IMG/VR virus record: IMGVR_UViG_3300028553_000005
Span: 1 to 64,000 of that record
DNA from: an uncultured virus (IMG/VR IMGVR_UViG_3300028553_000005)
Taxonomy: Duplodnaviria; Heunggongvirae; Uroviricota; Caudoviricetes
Length of the DNA: 64,000 bases
Direction: 5' to 3' (one strand)
Below, one piece after another: positions 57,264 to 64,000 of this stretch (positions within the stretch are counted from its first letter, which is position 1; each line of letters opens with the position of its first letter). Below the pieces are notes generated by a model that saw only the letters and a list, made by a program, of their open reading frames with translations, ran no database searches and was not told the origin of the DNA. A program made the position numbers and the translations under genes.

Positions 57264-57806
57264 TTAACTTGTCTGCTCAGCTTCCCACCATTGATAGGCA
57301 AATGTTACCGCATATTCTTCGATAACATCATTCGAGCCCCAATCCAAATCGATTGGAGCAATATCAACAGGAAACATTCCAACAAATTTATAATACTTCA
57401 GTTCATCGCCAGTTTTACCGTATTGTGTAACCAGTGCATCGACTGAGTAACCAGAAGGCGCAGCTGCTTGACTATTACGTAAATTTCCAGCGTGACTATT
57501 AATTGAATTCATCCAAGATTCCATTGCATTGCGGATAGTAAAATCTTCATCGTTAATAATCTGAAGTGTCCAGTCAGTAAATGTTCTATTACCAGCAAAC
57601 TTTAGTTCACGACCAAAGTAGTATAAAGGAACAGTACCAATTGTTGCACCAGGTAATTGTGCTGACTTAGCCTGAAAAGTGGCTTTTTGACCTGCTGCTG
57701 TACCGCCTGCGGCGATTGTTGGAAATACCAGAGAGACCTGGAATAGATTGGGACGGGCCCCGTCACCAATCATATTTGATCTAAATTCTGCTACATTAAA
57801 TGCCAT
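57264..57806 (-). CDS. gp19: Tail tube protein
   Basis: GARPNLF, AGNRTFTDWT and INDEDF. Confidence 0.95.
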   Translation of the reverse strand: MAFNVAEFRSNMIGDGARPNLFQVSLVFPTIAAGGTAAGQKATFQAKSAQLPGATIGTVPLYYFGRELKFAGNRTFTDWTLQIINDEDFTIRNAMESWMNSINSHAGNLRNSQAAAPSGYSVDALVTQYGKTGDELKYYKFVGMFPVDIAPIDLDWGSNDVIEEYAVTFAYQWWEAEQTS

Positions 57807-57834
57807 TTTTTTCTCCTATTCGTTGAATTATTTA

Positions 57835-59547
57835 TTAAGTTCTACCAACGATTTCAGTAAAGTCTACACCAGTTCTTACTGCTACGAAGCTCAACTGAAT
57901 GAAGTTGATTGCACGAGCAGGTTTGATATAGATATCGCCAACGAATTGATTGGAATCAATAACTTGTGATGTATTATTTGTAGTATCACAAACAACACGA
58001 TAGTCATAGATGCCACGGCGACCTTGAATATCACGGAGGAAAGGTGTAACTAATGCAACAAATTGGTTGCGAGTAAATTCGTCATTGAACTCAAACAATG
58101 AGAACTTGGCAGCTGTAGATATTGCTTTCTCCATTACAATAAACAATCTGCGGACGTTAATTCTGTCAAATGCAGATGGTTTTGTTTGTAGTGTTTTGTC
58201 GCCAAACAACACAGTACCTTGGCCAGGGAAAGTTCCAACTGGATTAATACCAATGGCATACAAAGAATCTCTTTCTGTTTTATTAGGATTCCAAGACAGT
58301 TTAGTAACATTCTTTAAATTGCCACGGTTAAATCCTGCTGGTGAAAACCATGGATCACGTACCGAGTCTGTATATACACAGGTACCAGCAATGTCACCAT
58401 TTAATGGAACATAGCGATATGTGTTGTTATACTTGTCAAACATATATTTCCAACCACAATCAGCAACAGCATAAGAGGTCGAACGAGCCAACGCTGTATG
58501 CCATGTTTTAATATCATCAACTTCTGAACCAGAATTGTTAACGACAGTAGAGGATGGAGGAGATATAAAAGCCATACAATCTTTACGAGCATTAGCAATA
58601 TTGTCAATAATATATTGTTGTGTTGCACTTCCAGCATCACCTGCCAATACTAAAGAAACATCCACAGCATCTGGATTAGTAAACAATGCATACGCTGTTT
58701 GTAATTCTGCATCAGAGGGGGTATCTTCAACACCACCACCTAAAGAAATTGTGGTTGATGTAGCTACTGTTGCATAATTTGTATTAGCCAAAGCATCACC
58801 CCAAGTGGCGTTGGTTGTGGCATAACTTACTGGATCTATAGCATAGATATATTTTGATTTATTGAAAATTACATTTTTGTAATAATTTGAATTGCCTAAA
58901 GCATCAGTAGCATCTACGCCTTTAGAAAGATACGGATAAACTTCTAAAATAGTATTTTTAATACCGGTAAATAAACCACCAGAATCAACAACTACAATAT
59001 GAACTTCATCGTTAGCTGCACCGGCAGCAGAAGCTTGTGCTGATGTACCTGGAGCGGCATTAAAATATGAAGAAACTCCAACAGAGTTGACGTTCCATGT
59101 GTTAAAATTTCCACCAGCATCAAGAACTGAAACTGTAATAGAATTTCCAAAAGCACCAGGATAACGTGCTAAAAAAGCACCATAAGCGTTGGCGTTACTA
59201 TTGTTTAAATAAGAAGCTTCAAAAGTATCTTCATTATCAACCGCAGTTTGAGTAGCACTAGAATTTGCACTAGCATTTTTAGCATCAGTGCCAATAGCAC
59301 GAGCTACTTTAAGATTGTTACCATACGCTAAAAAGCTGGCGGCTGTAAAAAACGAGGCAAACGTATTTGCATCTGGCTTACCAAATGTCTTTACAAGATT
59401 GACTTCATTTTCAACAGTAATTATTTTATTTCCTGGACCCCATACGAATTTTCCAGCAAATGCACCGGCCGTAGTTAGAACTGAAGGTACAACTGTCGTT
59501 AAATCGACTTCAGATACATTTACGCCTGGAGAGATTTGAAATGCCAT
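57835..59547 (-). CDS. gp18: Tail sheath protein
   Basis: SPGVNVSEVD, PWFSPAG, FDRINVRRLF and FEFNDEFTR. Confidence 0.96.
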   Translation of the reverse strand: MAFQISPGVNVSEVDLTTVVPSVLTTAGAFAGKFVWGPGNKIITVENEVNLVKTFGKPDANTFASFFTAASFLAYGNNLKVARAIGTDAKNASANSSATQTAVDNEDTFEASYLNNSNANAYGAFLARYPGAFGNSITVSVLDAGGNFNTWNVNSVGVSSYFNAAPGTSAQASAAGAANDEVHIVVVDSGGLFTGIKNTILEVYPYLSKGVDATDALGNSNYYKNVIFNKSKYIYAIDPVSYATTNATWGDALANTNYATVATSTTISLGGGVEDTPSDAELQTAYALFTNPDAVDVSLVLAGDAGSATQQYIIDNIANARKDCMAFISPPSSTVVNNSGSEVDDIKTWHTALARSTSYAVADCGWKYMFDKYNNTYRYVPLNGDIAGTCVYTDSVRDPWFSPAGFNRGNLKNVTKLSWNPNKTERDSLYAIGINPVGTFPGQGTVLFGDKTLQTKPSAFDRINVRRLFIVMEKAISTAAKFSLFEFNDEFTRNQFVALVTPFLRDIQGRRGIYDYRVVCDTTNNTSQVIDSNQFVGDIYIKPARAINFIQLSFVAVRTGVDFTEIVGRT

Positions 59548-59617
59548 TTGTTATCTCCTTGATATTGTTTTGTTTTGGTTACTAAGATACCATGTTAATA
59601 TTTATGAATAGTCACTT

Positions 59618-61297
59618 TTATAGATTTTTTAAAGAGTCCCTAATGAATCCTGAATAAACCTCATTGCCATCTGCGACTTCCCAAAGATCACCGTCCATCA
59701 CTTCAAAATTATGTTGTCTACCATCTTCAATGATAGGTGCCGGTAAAATTTCTTCATCCAGCTGGTTCAAGTTTTCCAACTGGATTTGTTTTCTTATATC
59801 ATGACTTACGATTTCCTTAAAGTATTTTTGTGTGGCCACCCAAGCAAAAACAACTAAAGTCATCACCAAGTCATCATTTTCTCCATCCTCAGCAGCAAAA
59901 GATGTTTTGCTTGCTGTAAAAGTGGTTAACTCAGATAGTGTGTCAAAATCGGGTATTAATAGTTTATCGCTTTCGACCAGAGTTTTCAGATTTGAACAAC
60001 CAATTCTTTTAACGGCAACCGACATTTTAAGTCCCATCTGAACACCACGACCAAAGCCTGAAGATAATTGTTGTGGTTTTTTGTTACCTGTGAATATCTT
60101 CCAAAGATTCTCATATTCAAAATCTTGGTGTATAATATCCGCTACCTGTGGATTATTATTTATCTCCACAAGGATATAGGCATCATTGTACATCTTGGCT
60201 GCATTGACAATCATGGTCGGAAACAATATTGGAGATATTGAAGAACTCTTGTAGGTTGCCACCTGTTTATATGGAGTGGATGATATGTCAAAAATTGAAA
60301 ATGCTGAGGAATCTAAGTTTCTACCTTCTGAAACATCCACACATATACAATATAAATGGTCTTTGGTGGTTTCATCATCTCCTTTAATAGGATACTCATA
60401 GATATTCATTTTGTCATGGTGTGCCAAAGGTTCTTTGTACGCCATGGTTTGTAATTTAGTACCAGAAATAAGAGTATTGGTTGAACCTAGAAACTCGGTT
60501 TCAAACTCTTGGCGGAACTGGTGTTCAGAAGTGTTACGAATTGTTTCTTCTTTCCAAGCATCATCACGACCAGGTACCATAGACCAATGAACTTCAAAAG
60601 GTACATAATTGTTTTTCTTATTGATTGCATCTGTCCATATTTTGTAAAACAGATTCATACCATTAGGTGTAGAAACAATAATAATCTTTGTTTTGGTACC
60701 AGCAGTAATAACTGGATATACGGAAGTAAAGAACTCTGTGGCAATATTGGATGGTACGAAAGCAAACTCGTCTAAGAACACAATGTTAAACGAACCAGAA
60801 CGAGCCGCTGAGGATGACGTGGAGGAGGCGATAATAACTGAACCATTCTCTAACTCTACTCGACCTTTATTCCATTCAACCACGCCTTGCTGTAACCACA
60901 TAGGAAGGTTCTCATACGCTAGTTGTAATTTACCAAGGATTCCACGAGCAGTTTCACCTCGGTTTGCCAGAACGGCAATAGACTGTGCATCTTGAAATAG
61001 TATTGTCCAAAGAAGGTATGCCACCGTGGTGGTAGTTTTTCCAACCTGTCGAGGACATTTCATAATCGTAAAACGATTTTTATGAAAAGTTCGTATCATG
61101 TCCTCTTGAAAATTATACATTTTAAAATCAGTTACACCATCGTCCAGTGTAATAATTTTAATGTATTTGGCGAAATAGATAGGATCCCTAGAACATTTGA
61201 TATACTCATCAACTTGTTCTTTGGTAAAATTAACTTGTATACCAACCCTTTTTAATAAAGGATTATCACGATACGATTCTTTAGTTTTTGCTGGCAT
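59618..61297 (-). CDS. gp17: Terminase large subunit
   Basis: PRQVGKTT, FLDEFAF, STPNG and DDLVM. Confidence 0.97.
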   Translation of the reverse strand: MPAKTKESYRDNPLLKRVGIQVNFTKEQVDEYIKCSRDPIYFAKYIKIITLDDGVTDFKMYNFQEDMIRTFHKNRFTIMKCPRQVGKTTTTVAYLLWTILFQDAQSIAVLANRGETARGILGKLQLAYENLPMWLQQGVVEWNKGRVELENGSVIIASSTSSSAARSGSFNIVFLDEFAFVPSNIATEFFTSVYPVITAGTKTKIIIVSTPNGMNLFYKIWTDAINKKNNYVPFEVHWSMVPGRDDAWKEETIRNTSEHQFRQEFETEFLGSTNTLISGTKLQTMAYKEPLAHHDKMNIYEYPIKGDDETTKDHLYCICVDVSEGRNLDSSAFSIFDISSTPYKQVATYKSSSISPILFPTMIVNAAKMYNDAYILVEINNNPQVADIIHQDFEYENLWKIFTGNKKPQQLSSGFGRGVQMGLKMSVAVKRIGCSNLKTLVESDKLLIPDFDTLSELTTFTASKTSFAAEDGENDDLVMTLVVFAWVATQKYFKEIVSHDIRKQIQLENLNQLDEEILPAPIIEDGRQHNFEVMDGDLWEVADGNEVYSGFIRDSLKNL

Positions 61298-61706
61298 TAT
61301 TCTTTAATAACTTACTTAATTCGGATGTTGAACCAACAAAGATTGCTTTATCAATATTGGTGCCAGAATTTTTTTTCTTTTCTTCATCCATTTCACGCAT
61401 TTGTTTTTGTATATTCAGAAGTTCTTTATTAGCATCCACCATATTTTTTAGTATACCGCCATAAACTTCAAATGCACGAGGATGTTGGCCTGCTTTGGCA
61501 ATGTTGAGTATTTCTTCCATAGCTTCTTGGCCTTGGTCAATAATGCCTTGTAGGTTTTCTTTTGATTGTTGATAGGCGTCTGTAAGGTCCTGTTTTAAAT
61601 CAGGTTCATTATATTTGACCGATAATACAGGAAGTTTTTCTTTTTTTTCTTCTGGTATAGGTGCAATGTCAAAAACATCGGCCAAAGTTTTATTCAAGTC
61701 ATTCAT
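61281..61706 (-). CDS. gp16: Terminase small subunit
   Basis: HPRAFEV and FVGSTSEL; overlaps gp17. Confidence 0.92.
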   Translation of the reverse strand: MNDLNKTLADVFDIAPIPEEKKEKLPVLSVKYNEPDLKQDLTDAYQQSKENLQGIIDQGQEAMEEILNIAKAGQHPRAFEVYGGILKNMVDANKELLNIQKQMREMDEEKKKNSGTNIDKAIFVGSTSELSKLLKNNASKN

Positions 61707-61722
61707 AGTATTTTGCTTTTAA

Positions 61723-62229
61723 TTAGCCCCAAGTGCCGCCAGTAAAATTTACAAAACGCCAAATGTTATTAGCGCCATTGGTATAATTTTCCACACAACG
61801 ATATAATTTATCATTATCAATTGCAATAAATCCGGCTTTATCACCTGGATCACCTTTAGATGTTAAAGGTATTGGTGTATGCCATTGCAATACAACACCA
61901 TCAACAGTAAAAACACCAGTAACAATTAAATTGTTTGAAGTGATTGTGTTACTTGAAACAATGTTTGAAGATGTTATTGTATTTGTTACGGCTAAATTAC
62001 CAGTAACAGTACCACCACTTAACGACAATTTACTGTTGGCAGTATTACGAGCATATTGATCAATGTCTATTTCAATTGCTTCATTCAATAGTGTAAATCC
62101 ACCGGGAGTTATACCATCATGAACAGTTAAAGTTTTATTGGTACTATTAATAATTAATTCACCATTGGCACCAGTTGTATTGGCCAATGTTGCTGAACCG
62201 TATCGTTTAAATTGTAGTGTGCGTGCCAT
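61723..62229 (-). CDS. Short fiber-like virion protein with Mtd-type N-terminal domain
   Basis: LQFKR...TGANGEL...VHDGITPGG; C-terminal SKGDPGDKAG...LYRC...IWR. Confidence 0.6.
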   Translation of the reverse strand: MARTLQFKRYGSATLANTTGANGELIINSTNKTLTVHDGITPGGFTLLNEAIEIDIDQYARNTANSKLSLSGGTVTGNLAVTNTITSSNIVSSNTITSNNLIVTGVFTVDGVVLQWHTPIPLTSKGDPGDKAGFIAIDNDKLYRCVENYTNGANNIWRFVNFTGGTWG

Positions 62230-62240
62230 TTTAATTACCT

Positions 62241-63332
62241 TTAATGTAAATCGGTTGTTTTTTCTTGTTCTATATGTAGGTCATCACGACCAACTTGTGT
62301 AGTTAAATCACCAGCAAAATTATCTGGTAATATATTTGTTTCTATAATATTTGGTGTTTCGGATATTTGAACTGTTGCAACATAAGGTGTGCTGACATTG
62401 GCATCTGTTGGCATTGGTGTCACATCTATCTGAACACGCTTCTGTGATTGAGGAACAAATGATGTGAACGCATAGTTTGCACCAGAGGTAGTGGATTTTA
62501 TTGGCAAATCAGAAGTAAAATTACCATTAATATTTTGCAACTGTAATGTATTGTTATTAAAGAACACTACTTTGCCTGTAGCTACAGCCATTGGCGCAGA
62601 GTAGCCTTGATAAACAGTTTCACCTACTTGATATGTTCCAATTCCTGAATTAGGATTGATTGTAAATTCTATAATCTCATTTTCAGTTAATTTAGTAAAG
62701 ATTGAAGTAATTGAATGTGTAATTACTCCACCAGTATCAGATACTTTACCAAAGATAAATCCTTTAACTGTAAAATTTAATGTCCATATAATTAAGCGAG
62801 TTTCATTTTCTTTATTGCCTTCATATTGTATTTCATGTGTGGTTGAATTTAATACAACAGGCACTTCTTTAATTATACCCATTTCAGGTATCAAATTTAA
62901 TTTGATTGTATAATCTGGTGCAAAAAATGGAAGTATGTGTTCTATAATTTGTGTACCATCTTCTATGTTACGAACATAGATATAAAGATTAAAATCAAAA
63001 TCATATGGTACGGGATTATATTGAGAAACTATTCCTGCTGGTGTCTTTGCAAATGTTTTTGTATTTGTATTTAATTTTCTGGCTACATCATAATTTAAAC
63101 CAGACATTTCAAAAGACATTCTAGGTAAAGTTACTTGAACCTTTTTATCAAGGTTAGGATCTCCTTCTAACCTTCGAACATAAAATTCTTTAGTTGCATA
63201 AGCTATTGGTACAAGAAATCTTTGTGCCTCTGTTAAATCTGGATTGTAACGAACCAAGGTAATATCTTTAAAAAGATTACCAAAGCCAACAACCAGTTTA
63301 CGAATTACTCTATTGTATGAAATAGCGGACAT
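62241..63332 (-). CDS. gp15: Tail sheath stabilizer/terminator with C-terminal extra domain
   Basis: FGNLF, VPIAY, LPRMSFE, PVPY and QIIEHILPFF. Confidence 0.9.
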   Translation of the reverse strand: MSAISYNRVIRKLVVGFGNLFKDITLVRYNPDLTEAQRFLVPIAYATKEFYVRRLEGDPNLDKKVQVTLPRMSFEMSGLNYDVARKLNTNTKTFAKTPAGIVSQYNPVPYDFDFNLYIYVRNIEDGTQIIEHILPFFAPDYTIKLNLIPEMGIIKEVPVVLNSTTHEIQYEGNKENETRLIIWTLNFTVKGFIFGKVSDTGGVITHSITSIFTKLTENEIIEFTINPNSGIGTYQVGETVYQGYSAPMAVATGKVVFFNNNTLQLQNINGNFTSDLPIKSTTSGANYAFTSFVPQSQKRVQIDVTPMPTDANVSTPYVATVQISETPNIIETNILPDNFAGDLTTQVGRDDLHIEQEKTTDLH

Positions 63333-64000
63333 TATATGTTACCAAAAGGATTAGTTTCTGAAAAATCAATAATTGAATTTGCATTTGTTGCAATCAAATT
63401 ATTATCATATTCTTCACTATAAGTATTATCTTCTAAAGGATTAAATGTTGCAAGTGTATAACGAGCATTACTGCTTGCACCAATAATTGATCTACCAACA
63501 ACAAACTCTCCAGCAATATTAGTTACTGTTAATGTATTAGAAGTTGGAATCCAACTCTGTACTATAGCAACCGCAGTGGCAGTATTTCGTGTACTATTAA
63601 TAGATTGGTATACAGTTTCTTTTATTGTATATCGTCCTGTACCGACACCAGTATGTAGAGATTGTGTGTAAGCATTATTTGTAACCACCAAATCAATATC
63701 AGCAACACCAGTATCAATAATTTCTTGTGAGTATTTAAATTTCTCTAAGTACAGTTCATAGAAATAAGGTTGTTTTCTGCCTAGTGTATAAAAGTCTTTT
63801 GATTGTTCTGTGAATTTAATTTCAAACAATTCACCAGTACCATTTAAAAAAGGCACATAAACCAAATCACCTTCTCGTGGCCGTGTAAATGTATTCTGTG
63901 GAACTCGTTGTGAAAATGACCTACGAGATACCAATACATTCACATCGTCTTTAATTTCTAAACCAAATTTAGAAAAGATATCTTTCTGTCCAATGTAATC
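63332..64000 (-). CDS. gp14: Neck protein, 5' end beyond window
   Basis: SKFGLEI upstream in frame, RPREGDLVY, LFEIKF and DFSETNPFG. Confidence 0.9.
   Translation of the reverse strand, partial: DYIGQKDIFSKFGLEIKDDVNVLVSRRSFSQRVPQNTFTRPREGDLVYVPFLNGTGELFEIKFTEQSKDFYTLGRKQPYFYELYLEKFKYSQEIIDTGVADIDLVVTNNAYTQSLHTGVGTGRYTIKETVYQSINSTRNTATAVAIVQSWIPTSNTLTVTNIAGEFVVGRSIIGASSNARYTLATFNPLEDNTYSEEYDNNLIATNANSIIDFSETNPFGNI

Noticed and set aside
61723..62229. Diversity-generating retroelement target suggested by the Mtd-like N-terminus
   Set aside because: No reverse transcriptase or template/variable repeat pair seen; only the N-terminal structural domain matches
1..64000. Stop-codon reassignment
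   Set aside because: Core genes translate full length in the standard code, all three stops are used, and no suppressor tRNA was seen

Overview
This window is an AT-rich segment of a large T4-like myovirus genome, mostly encoded on the minus strand, with no host chromosome visible. From right to left it carries the T4-type neck, terminase, tail and head genes (gp14-gp23, gp3), then uvsY, uvsW, gp55, gp47, gp46, gp45, gp44, gp62, regA, gp43, uvsX and gp41. Interspersed accessory genes include peptide deformylase, heme oxygenase, Hsp20, dCMP deaminase, a DnaJ-domain protein, ErpA, a fatty-acid desaturase and an LpxH-like phosphoesterase. It also holds a ~7 kb glycosyl/methyltransferase cluster, a late cluster of probable internal head proteins, a spanin pair (implying a Gram-negative host) and a secreted SNase-like nuclease. 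I found three near-canonical tRNA genes (Met-like CAU, Thr UGU, Ile2-like CAU) and one strongly non-canonical 70-nt tRNA-Gly(UCC)-like RNA with its own sigma70 promoter. The most interesting candidate system pairs that tRNA-Gly, which looks non-proteinogenic, with two DUF4338/Mom-like GNAT paralogs, suggesting tRNA-dependent DNA modification. Other notable signals are modular E-linked proteins with capsid-targeting-like N-termini, a nested out-of-frame gene, a ROSE-like thermometer before hsp20, and sigma70 promoters whose -35 boxes sit in inverted repeats. All calls come from reading motifs by eye; no searches were run.
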